NCBI GenBank assembly: GCA_051294375.1 | Contig: CM119271.1 | Coordinates: 17,137,799 to 17,201,798 of the forward strand | Direction of reading: 5' to 3' | Source: Paraspadella gotoi | Taxonomy: Eukaryota > Animalia > Chaetognatha | DNA length: 64,000 nt | Shown: piece by piece, positions 45,867 to 57,940 of the stretch | Numbering within the stretch: the stretch's first letter is position 1 | How the letters are laid out: every line of letters begins with the position of its first letter | Notes under the pieces: generated by a model | What the model was told of the DNA's origin: nothing | The model's input: the letters and a program-made list of their open reading frames with translations, nothing else | Databases searched by the model: none | Position numbers and translations under genes: made by a program

Positions 45867-46380
45867 AGTCGACCGCTTCGTACGTGGGGAAAGCGACGGG
45901 AGTTAATAACGACCCCCCCGTCCGCTTCATGCCTCCCCCCATCAGTCCCCACTAGCGAATCGTCCTCGCTCTCCCCCACCATTTCCAGCTCCCCGTAAAT
46001 GGTTTCTCCCCCATCGACGGGAGCGTGAACCTCGGTTCCATCGAGCTCGAATGCTCCGGGGGCTCGATCGGTTCCATTCACCGCGAGAATCGCCGTCGTC
46101 GTTGAAGCGGCACTCGACGACCGCGATAATGGCACCGCGGTCGTCGTCGAGCGCCGCGGCACCGCGGTCGTCGTCGGCGCGGCACTCCCGATCGACGACG
46201 CGGTAATCTTCCTCGGCGGCGCGGTACTCATCGTCGTCGTCGTCGTCGTCGCGGTCCGCGTTTCGATCGAGATCGCGCCCCGCGTTTCGATCGCCGGCGT
46301 CGTACCGATCGCCGTTTTCTCCGTCGTCGCCCCCCGAGAGACATCGGCCTTCGCCCGCGCTAATTCGAATACCCGTCTAA
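45865..46380 (-). other. Coding-like segment B (paralog of A); also at ~53475-54050 and ~59794-60369
   Basis: Frameshifted translation ...DRDDDDDDEYRAAEEDY...EWNRSSPGAFELDGTEV...GETIYGELEMVGESEDD...DWGEDEAD..YL(T/N)PVAFPTYEAVD*. Confidence 0.35.
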
Positions 46381-46857
46381 AAAAATCGTTCCAATCGTAA
46401 TTTTAAGCAATAAAACAAAAAAATTTGGAAATCTTGTAGTAATATTTTTTATTTATTTTTTTAATCTCTACCCGAATCCGTTTTTAAAAATTCTGATTTT
46501 GAAAAAAAATATTTTCATGATTTATAGTAATACGATAAACTTTAAATGCTTCTATGTTATTAACTGTAAATAAAATCTTAAATTTTTTTTTAATTTCGTT
46601 ATCCCACAGGGATGCTATAACGTTATTTATATTACAGAACTCTTAGTTTTTACTTTGTTCCGCCTTATTGCACAATGTATCTTTTAATTATTTATTTATC
46701 CCTGTTAAGCCTATCTCTCTCTCTCTCTCTCTTTCTCTCTAACAAATTTCATTTCCTTTTTTAAAAAAACTCACTCAGTCTGTGTTCAACTTACCCTGTC
46801 CTCACCTCTGACCACTAGTCTGTCTCACCACTTTGTTGGAAACTTTAACTCTCCCTT

Positions 46858-46894
<37 letters not shown>

Positions 46895-46930
46895 TCTTTT
46901 GCACAATAATTTATCCAATTCACAAACTAA

Positions 46931-46976
46931 AAACGCTGAAGAAGGCTTGAATGCTAAAGCCGAAACATGTCTGTTT
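46931..46976 (+). ncRNA. Minimal type I hammerhead ribozyme (Penelope-like element type), best copy
   Basis: AAACG-CTGAAGA-A-GGCTT-gaatgcta-AAGCC-GAAA-CATG-TC^TGTTT: stem I AAACG/TGTTT, intact core, 5-bp stem II, palindromic ACATGT, GUC triplet. AATAAA lies ~30 nt downstream. Confidence 0.85.
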
Positions 46977-47168
46977 ATCAACAAAAACAAATTTCGTTGA
47001 AAACCAATAAAAACTTTTTTTCTCCAAATCATTTACAACGAAAAAAGAAAGGATTATCACATAATTTCAAATTTAAATTTTTTAGTTCTTTTACAAGTCT
47101 CGATCGATTCAACGGGGAAAGTTTTCGAAAACTCGTGCCAAAAAAATTTTCAGAATATATTTTCTAGA

Positions 47169-47207
<39 letters not shown>

Positions 47208-47217
47208 GCCAACGCCG

Positions 47218-47750
47218 TTAATTAACTATTTCGTACGTGGGGGAAGCAATTGGCGTCAAATAAAGTTCCCCATCGTCTTCACCCTCCCCCCAATCGGCCC
47301 CCCTACTCGCGAGATCCTCTTCAAATATAACGATCGCCCGCATATTTTTTTACTTTCGTCTCATTCGGAACGAATGCTCCAGGGGTTTGCGCGGTCCCAT
47401 TCACTCGTCCGCCCGTCGCGGTCGTCGTTGTCGTGGGCCGCATCCCTGCCATCGCGGTCGTCGTTGTCGCGGGCAGTGTTTCGATCGAGGTCGAACGCAT
47501 CCCCATCATCGCGGTCGTCGTTGTCGCGGCCCGCGTTTCGGTCGAGCTCCCGCGCATCGCCGTTGACATCGCCGTTGTCGTCGTTTTTGGCGGAACTCGT
47601 TTCGGTCGAGCTCGAGCGCATCCCCGTCGTCGCGCTCGTCATTGGCATCACCGTCGTCGTTGTTGTCGTTTCTGCGCGATCCCGAGAAACGTTTACCGCG
47701 ATCGAAGGTCGCGACGCGTTGATGTTCGTTCGCATCAACTCGTAGCATAT
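47218..47750 (-). other. Coding-like segment A, copy 2; also at ~54910-55480 and ~61229-61799
   Basis: Frameshifted translation MLRVDANE...DDGDALELDRN...DDGDAFDLDRN...EWDRANPGAFVPNETKV...DWGEGEDDGELYLTPIASPTYEIVN*. Confidence 0.38.
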
Positions 47751-47934
47751 AAATGTAACGAAACATTTTTGCCAGAGAGAGCGACTCAATTTCAGCTTTT
47801 CAATGGAAATCATGGCATCTCAATTTCCGCATATGACGGACTTCGCCGCCCTGCCAACCGATTATTTTTTTTGTCACTCATTCTCCTCTTTCTCCCCTCT
47901 TCATCATTTGATTATGCAAATCCTCAGCTTAAAA

Positions 47935-50900
47935 TAGGGGAGCCGGAGCCACGCTCAATTCCCTCGGGGACGTGAATTTTAGAACGTAACTAACATTTCA
48001 TAAAATAATTAGCATAGCAATTCGACAAAATATTATGACAAATCTTTGCGCAAGAATTAAAACGATTAAATTATTTTGATTTTTAATTTTTTTAAATTTC
48101 TCTTTGTTTCTATGTTATTCATCCCAGCGGAACATTTTTAAACAAAAGGCACTTCAATTGTTTTGAGCAAAACGTTTTCAAATTTCTGAGAATTAGTTAC
48201 ATAAACATTTGGTATTGAAATAAAAAGAAACAACAGTTTAGAGAAACATCTCCATAGAGGATGCCTCCAATTTTACGTTCGTTGTGCGTTATGCCTCTTG
48301 GGGAAGTAAAATTCAGCGCTAAGTTTAGAATTTCCGCCGGGCGTTCTTCCTTTGGAATTGCATGTCATACAGGTAGAGAATTCGCTTTTATCAGCAATTG
48401 TATTACCTTAACTCATACTTTATTGTGACTAAAAATCATCTTAGGCCATGCTCTATTATCATCGACAAAAAGAAAATCTCGCAGAAGCAATAAGAATGAT
48501 TGCGCTTAACCTCATAGATCATTGGATTTATTGTAACGTCTATCCAAAGTCATACAAAAGTATTAAAATACAAATTTCAAAGCTGTAAGATGAATTTCGA
48601 ACTTTTAAAGAAGCTCCTACGTCACGACGAGATGAAAAATGGAAATCGAACCTTCAAATTTTTTACAACCGTATCTCGGCCCGACCTTTTGAAATCTTCT
48701 GTGAGGAAAAAATAGCAGAAAGCGACAGGAAGTTTTTACGGCGGTCACATGACCGAGGTGGAGATGAATTTTTTACAGGACCAAAGAAGTGAACGGAAAA
48801 TGTTTTGCGACAGTTTCGTTGACCGTCAATGGAAGAGAAGTGCAGAGAGAAAGGAGAAAGAATTGAAGTCGCTCGAGAAGAGAGAAAAGGCTGAGGCCGC
48901 TTCACGAAGAAAACTTAAAAAAAGTTGAATTGACCGACGAAATGGTTGAAGAGTTTTCTCAGCCTTCAACTTCATCTCAAAATTCTGATGAAACGTTTAT
49001 TTTGGACGAGATAGAGCAGCCTTTCAAGCGACGAAAGATAACTAAAGAGTCAGACGGCGAGAGTGAGATTCCAGAAAAATTTCGCCATTTACGTAAATCC
49101 AATCAAACGAGCTCAAGAAAGAATATATGAAACAATAGTTAACTTTAAAATCAAAATATCATTGTTCTGATGTTCAAGCGGGTTGCGGGTGTTGTTTTAA
49201 CAGCCAGGAATCTTTTTTGTCTGCCATGGAAATTCCATGAAGAAGATAAAAATACAATCGATCTTGATACAGCGCCAGATTCGGCTAAACAATCGACGTG
49301 AAACTCGCGTGCGGCAACTATTTGCTCTAGATCAAATAGTAGAAAAAATAATTAATTCTGATTCCAAGACCTCAATTACATACCACGACGATGGCTCAAA
49401 AAGAGGGAACCAGGTTCGTTTTCGGTCCAAGGAATAACTGTTGATGGTGTTTATTTTCCGCTTCCAACGTTGTCAATTGCTAATGAAACTAGAACGAATT
49501 TGAAAGATTAAAAAAAACTATTTTAACAATTTTGTCGGCGGTAAGTGGAGTTTCGATAGAGTTTTTTTTAATAAATTGGATTTTGTAATGACTGATTTTA
49601 CCGCTCATAATCTTGAGGTCGAAAAATTGTTAGCTGAAGAGCTCCAATTGATCATGTACCTAACCACTTACTATGCCATGTCCATCCCGTATTAATGTTA
49701 TCGGAAAAGGATTCAGTATTTAAAGAAATTGAACAATCTATAGGACCAGAAAAAAATTTTTGCCGCTTTCAATGTGACGCCGATATTCGCAGATTCAATC
49801 ATTACTCAGTTTTTGGACTGCTCTTCCCGTCTTGTGTCTCATGATTTCGAACACATAAAGCTTGGAATAAAGCAAATGAGTTTGACATTCATATCGCGGC
49901 CGAAAAAAAATGTCTCTGTCCGGTTGGCATCGGAAAGATTTACTCGTTTTCCTTTTCTTTGCGCCGTAATAATTCACCATGACAAAGATATTGTTTTCAT
50001 TTTTACAAAAATTTGACTACGTCACGAATAATTTAGCCTGTATTGTTCGTTGCTTTGAGATGAGAATTTTGCGAGTTTTTTTGCGTCGTTGGAGCTCTTC
50101 TTGGAATCCATTAATAGAACCACTTGCAAAGCTTACTTCTTCTTCAAAAACGAACTACAAGGATTTAAATACTGTTTTCCCCAAATTATACTCAAAACCT
50201 TTTAAGTGTTCCAGCGGAAAATTATTTGCAGCATAATGAGCCTGCTCTTGACTTTATTTCTACTTCAATTTTCAAAGAAGTTAAGTACAAAAAAGAAATT
50301 TTAGATTCAATTTTCTCCGGCCGCCGAACATTACCGAGTTGAAGTAATCAAACTTTTAAGAATTAAATGCAAAACGATTAGCTGATGGCTGGCAGAAGCA
50401 GCAGAGGGTGATGTATTTTCTTTTGGAGAATCAAACCAAGTGATCTTTCTGTTAAAATATGGATGAACAGAAATTACATTGGCACCAGTTAACAACTTAG
50501 ATGCTGACGGCTCCGTAGGTTCTAAATTAAATGAGCTGAAAATCCGTGGTGCTAAAAATCTTTTCCACAGCTTCAACAGCACATGTTCTTTGGAAAGTCA
50601 ATACATCTGACACAAGGAAAACAAATTTCGAGTTCATTTCGTCAGATGAAGAGTAAAAAAGTATTGCCTGCTATCGTTTCAGAATGGGAAAACAAAACAG
50701 ATTCAATTACAAAAAGAAGGATTTAGCCAAAAAGAAATCCAGCAAGTTAGCTTGGACCGACGTCGAAAAGCAGATCTCAGTAAAGTTGAAAGTCATTAGG
50801 AGGCCCGTTCGTTTCTAGTGAGGAAGTTAGACTATACGTAACTAGTTCTGTTTCTGAAGAGGAGAAAGTTGAAAGACTTGTATTTTGAGGTTCGTGTTAC

Positions 50901-51498
50901 GCACGTGATTCCTGCGTTTCCTTTCCCAAAAACTCACAAATTTTCGTTGAAAGAGAATTACAAAAAAACATAACCTCTCAAGCATACAGTGATAACCTTA
51001 TGATTTACTTTGACAAAGTTACATATAGAAAACAATGTCGAAATGAGTGACTTTGTTCATGTTCTTGATTGTTTAAATTAAAACAATGACCTGATTCTTT
51101 AGTAACAATAATATTCAGATAGCCTTTGCTCTTTATTTTTTGCTTGTAGCTAAGAGTTAGCGTATTTAGATAAGAATTTAAATAGTAATTATGTTATGAA
51201 AATGTGTTATTAAGAAATTGTTAACGATAATGAGTTTAGTTTGAACTAGTTTAGCAATAATAATTATACGTTATATTTAATATAATTCATCGAAACTTCA
51301 ATGTTTAAAAAATTTTAGTTGGTTCGACCTAATTTGCATATTATGGTAAATTTATTCGTAATGCGCAAAGATTTGAAAAAAATTTGTTAGCTGAATGGAG
51401 CTTAAAAATCTTGTAATTAATACTATTACGTCATTTAAATACGTCCTCAGTCGGAAAATAAACGTAAATCTTTTTATTTAACGTTTGCTCCTCCCCTA
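47935..51498 (+). mobile_element. hAT-like DNA transposon (possibly hATw-type), near full length
   Basis: Termini TAGGGGAG...CTCCCCTA flanked by CTTAAAA direct repeats (47928-47934, 51499-51505). Subterminal inverted repeat CAAATCTTTGCGCA/TGCGCAAAGATTTG. Uninterrupted empty site (cctcagctaaa.tc.gactcttggttg) at ~40925, ~55660 and ~61979. Confidence 0.9.
48261..51081 (+). pseudogene. DDE transposase, multiply frameshifted (mutation or sequencing indels)
   Basis: Fragments DHWIYCNVYP, FLQDQR.ERKMFC, ITYHDDGSK (D1), DFVMTDFTAHN (D2), HLLCHVHP (CxxH) and APVNNLDA(D/E).SVGS (E region). This order and the CxxH motif fit the hAT/Mutator/P/Kolobok group; the TIR/TSD favour hAT. Confidence 0.8.
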
Positions 51499-51673
51499 CT
51501 TAAAATCCGACTCTTGGTTGACATTGATGGGTTTAAGGTTTTTAACATTTATCAAGCTTCTTTTATTAATTTCGGTTTTGTACTATTTATTTTTAATTAT
51601 GCTAAAATAATTGTTAATACAAAAATATTTTTATATTAAACCAAAATACAGACTGGAGAGACGAGGCACGAAG

Positions 51674-51716
<43 letters not shown>

Positions 51717-52383
51717 AAGATTTTACGGATTTGTTTCATAAGTTAATCTTATTTCTGAGATAACTATGCAAAGTTATTCTCATTGTGATTCTATATTTTA
51801 AATTAAATTTTTTACGTAGAAAAAAATATTTTAAATAATATAAATTAGTAAATTTTTAAATATAAGTGCATTAATAAAAAGCTAAATACATATATTAAAA
51901 AATTAATAAAAAGGTTAATTATTTTGATATTTAATTTTATATTTTTGTGCGAGTGATAAATCATAAGCCAGAACAACTTGATTGCTATTTATTTAAATAT
52001 TACTAAATCAATTAAAAGTAATATAAATAAAGTAAATAAAAAAATTTAAAAAAATTCAATATTGCATTATAAAAGTTCTGTAGATAAAAATATAAGGTTT
52101 TTCTTATTATCCTGCATCTAATGAAAAGAATATTAAAAAAATTTTAATCAATATTATAAAAAATATTAATTAATATTAAAAATATAAATTTTATTTTTTT
52201 GAAAAAATTACTGAAAAAAAATTGTTACCATTTTTTTATGCAATAACTTAACAATTTGCTTGATTTAATTTTATAAATTAAGGTAACCTCTGAAATGATC
52301 CATAATAATGTATTTAAGTTATTCGATATTGTATAGGATCAGTAAGCTTTTTTTAGCATAAGTGATAGAAAAAACTTAAGAGT

Positions 52384-52425
<42 letters not shown>

Positions 52426-53359
52426 GAATAATCAAAAGCCGGGGGTAAATGGTCTTTTGATTCATCGCCATAGGACCCGGATATCAACAAAAGTATGTAT
52501 CAACAAATGTATCATTTATTATATTATCTGTCATGTATTATCTATCATATACACCCTACGCCTTGCATGCACACGCAGAGAGAGAGAGAGAGAGAGAGAC
52601 AGATACATACATACACACACACCACAGAGAGAGAGAGAGAGAGAGCACGCGACGTAAGCAAAGTTTCTGATGAGGGCATGCGACATTCTCATCCGCGTCA
52701 TGGCTTCGAATTCTCATTCTGATATTTTGGACAACCAAGAGGAAAGAACGCCGTCCCAACCAAAAAATTACCTCAACCGAGTGAAGAAAAAAATGCAAAA
52801 TCTGTCATCAAATACTCGCCCAAAAGGATTATAACAGTAAAATAAAAACTACAACAACAAAAATTATTCGGACGCCTGCGCATTGTCATTGATNNNNNNN
52901 NNNNNNNNNNNNNNNNNNNNNNNNNNNNNNNNNNNNNNNNNNNNNNNNNNNNNNNNNNNNNNNNNNNNNNNNNNNNNNNNNNNNNNNNNNNNNNNNNNNN
53001 NNNNNNNNNNNNNNNNNNNNNNNNNNNNNNNNNNNNNNNNNNNNNNNNNNNNNNNNNNNNNNNNNNNNNNNNNNNNNNNNNNNNNNNNNNNNNNNNNNNN
53101 NNNNNNNNNNNNNNNNNNNNNNNNNNNNNNNNNNNNNNNNNNNNNNNNNNNNNNNNNNNNNNNNNNNNNNNNNNNNNNNNNNNNNNNNNNNNNNNNNGCT
53201 ATACAAATAAAAATTCGTTATGAAAAACTAAAAAAAAATTATTATTTCGTCTAAAATTGATATCATAAGCTTATGGGTCTATCATCGAAGGAATTTGNNN
53301 NNNNNNNNNNNNNNNNNNNNNNCGAGAGAGAGAGACCGATACGACATGCGGAGAAACCC

Positions 53360-53402
<43 letters not shown>

Positions 53403-54613
53403 GAGAGAGAGAGAGAGAGAGAAAGAAAGAGGAGAGAGAGAGAGAGAGAGAGGAGAGAGAGGAGAAGAGGAGATCAGGTCCGACCGCTTCGTACGTGGGG
53501 AAAGCGACGTAGGATTTAAATAAGCGACGCCCCCCGCGTCCGCTTCATCCTCACCCCAATCAGTTCCCCAACTAAGCGAGATCCTCCTCGCTCTCCCCAC
53601 CATTTCCAGCTCCCCTAAGAGTGGTTCTTCCCTCATACGATCGGGAGCGTGAACCTCGGTTCATCGAGTCTCGAATGCTCCGGGGGTCGATTCGTTCCAT
53701 TCAACCGCGAGAATCGCCGTCGTCGTCGAAGCGGAAAATCTCGACGACCGCGAGTAATGGCACGGCGGTCGTCGTCGAGCGCGGCGGCTACGCGGTCGTC
53801 GGTCGGTCGCGGGCAGAACACTCCCCGATCGGACGACGCGCGTAATCTTCCTCGGCGGCGCGGTACTCATCGCTCTGTCGTCGTCGTCGTCGCGGTCCGC
53901 AGTATTCGATTCGTAGATCGGCGCCAACACGCGCGCTTCGATCGCCGGCGGTGCAGTACCGATACGGCCGTTTTCTCCGGTCCGTCGACCCCCGAGAGAC
54001 CTCGAAGCCCATCGCAGCGCGCGCGCAGTCACATGTCCGAATACCCGTCTAAAAAACATCGTTCCAATCGTAAATTTTAAGCAATAAAACAAAAATTTGG
54101 AAATCTTGTGAGTAATAGTTTTTTATTTATTGTTTCTTAATCTCTACCCGAATCCGGTTTTAAAATTGTGATTTTGAAAAAAATATTTCATGATATAGTA
54201 ATAACGAATAAACTTTAAATGCTTCCTATGTATTAACTGTAAATAAAATCCTTTAAATTTTTTTTTAATTTCGTTATCACAGCAGAGATGCTATATACGT
54301 TACTTTATGTTACAGGAACTCTGTTTTTACTCTTGTTTGTTCGCTAATTGCACAATGTCATTTAATTATTTATTTATCCTGTTTAAGCCTATCTCTCTTC
54401 TCGTCTTCGTCTTTCTTCTATACAAATTCATTTCTTTTTTAAAAAAAAACTCACTCAGTCTGTGTTCAACTTACCTGTCCTCACCTCTGACCACTAGTGC
54501 TGTCTCACCACTACTTGTTGGAAACTTCTAACTTCTCCTTTCTGCCCTTAATCTCTCTCTCTCTCTCTCTCTCATCTTCTTTTGCAAATAATTTATTCGC
54601 AATTCACAAACTA

Positions 54614-54660
54614 AAACGCTGAGAAGGCTTTTGAATGCTAAAGGCGAAACATGTCTGTTT
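54614..54660 (+). ncRNA. Minimal hammerhead ribozyme in array copy 3 (error-containing)
   Basis: AAACG-CTGAGAA-GGCTTTtgaatgctAAAGGC-GAAA-CATG-TC^TGTTT; positional homolog of 46931. Confidence 0.6.
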
Positions 54661-54855
54661 ATCAACAAAAACAATTTCGTTTGAAAACCAATATAAAACT
54701 TTTTTTTCTTCCAATCAATTTACAACGAAAGAAAGAAAGGATTATCACATAATTTCAAATTTGAAATTTTTTAGTTTCTTTTACAAGTCTCGTATCGATT
54801 CACCGGGGAAAGTTCGAAAAACTCGTGCCAAAAAAAAATTTTCAGAATATATTTT

Positions 54856-54898
<43 letters not shown>

Positions 54899-55853
54899 GC
54901 GCAACGCCGTTAATTAACTATTTCGTACGTGGGGAAGCAATTGGCGTCAAATAAAGTTCCGCATCGTTCTTCACGCTCCCCCCAATGCCGGCCCTACTCG
55001 CAGATCCGCGTCAAATATAACGGATCGCCCGCAATATTTTTTTTTAACTTTTGCTCTCATTCGGAACGAAATGCTCCAGGGTTTGCGGCGGTCCATTCAC
55101 CTGTCTCTTCCGCCCGTCGGCTTCGTCCGTTGTTCGTGGGCCGCATCCCTGCCACATCGCGTGTCGTGCTTGTCTTGTGCGGGCAGTGTTTTCGATCGAG
55201 GTCGAACTCGCGATCCCCATGCATGCTGCGGTCGCGTTGTCGCCGTCCGCGCGTTTCGGTCGAGCTGCTCCGCGCATCGCGGTTTACAAGATCGCCGTTG
55301 TCGTCGTTGTTTGGGGCGGAACTCGTTTCGGTCGAGCTCGAGCGCATCCCCGTCGTGGCTCGTCATTGGATCAACGTCGTCGTTGTTGTCGTTTCTGCGC
55401 GATCACCGAGAAACGTTTACCGCGATCGAAGTGTCGCGGAGCGCGTTTGATGTTCGTTGCGCCATCAACTCGTAAGCATATAAATGTAAGAAACATTTTT
55501 GCAGAGAGAAGCGATACCTCAATTGTCAGCTTTTCCAATGGAAATCATGGCAGCCATCAATTCCGCATATGACGGACTTCCGCCGCTGCTGCCAACACGA
55601 TTATTTTTTTTGTCCTCATTCTCTCTTCTCCTCTTCATCATTGTGATTATGCAAATCCTCAGCTAAATCCGACTCTTGGTTGACATTGATGGGTTTAGGT
55701 TTAAGCCTTTATCAAGCTTCTTTTATTTAATTTCGGTTTTGTACTATTTATTTTTAATTATGCTATAAATTACTTCGTTAATACAAAAATATTTTTATAT
55801 TAAACGAAAAAATACACAGATGGAGAGACGAGGTACGAGCACACACAGCACAC

Positions 55854-55886
<33 letters not shown>

Positions 55887-57940
55887 AAGATTTTACGGAT
55901 TGGTTCATAAGGTTAAATTTATTTGCTGAGATAACTATATCAAAGTTATTCTCATTTATGATACTATACAGCTTTTAATTTAAATTTTTTATGATAGAAA
56001 AAATATTTTAAATTAATTAAATAGTCATTTTTAAATATAAGTGCATTAATAAAAGCTAATACAAATTAAAAAAATTATAAAAAGGTTAATTATTTTGGGA
56101 TATTAACTTTTATTATTTTTTTATCAGTCATTAAGAGCCAGAACAACTTGATTGCTATTTATTTAAATATTACTAAAATCAATTAAAAAGTAATAAAAAA
56201 AGTAAATAAAAAAGATTTAAAAAATTCAATATTGGCATTATAAAGTTTTCTGTAGATAAAAAATATAGAGGTTTTTTCTATTATCCTGCATCTAATGAAA
56301 GAATTTAAAAAAAATTTAATCAATATTAAAAAAAAATATAAATATTAATCTCAATTTAAAACAATATATAATTTATTATTTTCTTTGGAAAAACTTACTG
56401 AAAAAAATTGGTAGCACGATTTTTTTATGCAATAACTTTCACAATTTGCTTGATTTAATTTTTAAAAAATTATAGGTATCTCTGAAATGATGCCATAATA
56501 ATGATTCTAAGTTATTGCGTATTGTGAATACGGGTAAATCAGTAAGCTTTTTTTATAGCATAAGTGGATAGAAAAAACTATAAAGAGTATAAGAGAGAGA
56601 GAGAGAGAGAGAGAAGAGCGAGAGAGAGAAACGAAAATAATCAAAAGCCGGGGTAAATGGTCTGTTTGATTCATCCGCCTTATATATTTTGTGACCCGGA
56701 TATCTTATTACTTATCTTTTTTTAAAAGTATGTATCAAATTTTCATGTATTAAGATTATCTGTCGTGTATTATCTATCATTACACCTACGCCTTGCATGG
56801 CACAATTGAGCAAGAGAGAGAGAGAGAGGGAGAGAGAAGAGGACAGACCAGATACAGTAACACACACACACACACACAGAGAGAGAGAAGAGAGAGAGAG
56901 AGACACGCACGAAGTCGCGCCGTGCAAAGTTGCTGATGAGGGCATGCGACATTCTCATCCGCGCATGGCTTCGAATTCTCATTCTGATATTTTGACAAGC
57001 GCAAGAGGAAAAGAACGCCGGTCCACAAAAAAATTAGCCTCAACCGAGTGAAGAAAAAATGCAAATATCGTGTCATCAAATTACTCGCACCAAAAGGATT
57101 ATCAACATAAATATAAAAAACTACAACAACAAAAATTATTTCGGGGACGGGCCTGCGCATTGTCATTGGATGACTCAACCTTGGATTTATCCTTTCTCAA
57201 AAACTTCCATGAGACAAAGTGCCAAGAAAACCAAGACAAATTCCATTTCTTTCGTGATTAAACTCATTTAAAAATTTCGATATCTTCTGCTTCAACACCT
57301 CCGCCTGTCTTAAAGCTCAAAGCGCCCGCATTTTTACGAGTTGAGAAGAAACGAAAATACACGTTTCGAAACATGTCTGCTATACCAAATACAAAATCGT
57401 TATGAAAAAACAAAAAAAATATTATTATTTCGTCTAAAATTGATATCATAAGAATTATGGGTCTATATCGAAGAATTTGAATAGTGATTAGTCATTATTT
57501 TTTGGCAAGAACAATTTTTATCTCTATTTGTAGCAGAAACAAAACTTAACTAATTAGAAAAACTTCAGTTGTTGTCATACCTAAATATTTATAATGACAT
57601 TATTTTATTTTTGTATGTAAAAAATATATTTTACTAAATTATAAAATTTTTTATTTTTTACTGTTCAATACTTAATTTAGATTTAAGCATCATTAAACAA
57701 AGGCTTATAAGACTAATATTTTTTTATATTAACTTAAAAGCATAAAAAACAAACAATAAATTTTATTCTTATAAAAATATAATGTGTAATAACCATCTTA
57801 TTATATCCTATTCATACCCCTAGAACATATTGATAAATTATTGATACTTAATTGAATCTTAATTAATAAAATAATAAAAAAAATTAAACAAAGTAATAAT
57901 CTTTTTCTTACTTTATATTTTATATTACTTTAGAGAGAAA

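Larger units (their letters stand above)
45110..53297. repeat. Large tandem unit, copy 2 (interrupted by a hAT-like element, ends at gap)
   Basis: Colinear with copies 1 and 3 once 47935-51498 is removed. Confidence 0.9.

Noticed and set aside
52667-52700. CTGATGA core-like heptamer (also ~41634 and ~56933)
   Set aside because: No stem II-GAAA-stem III downstream.
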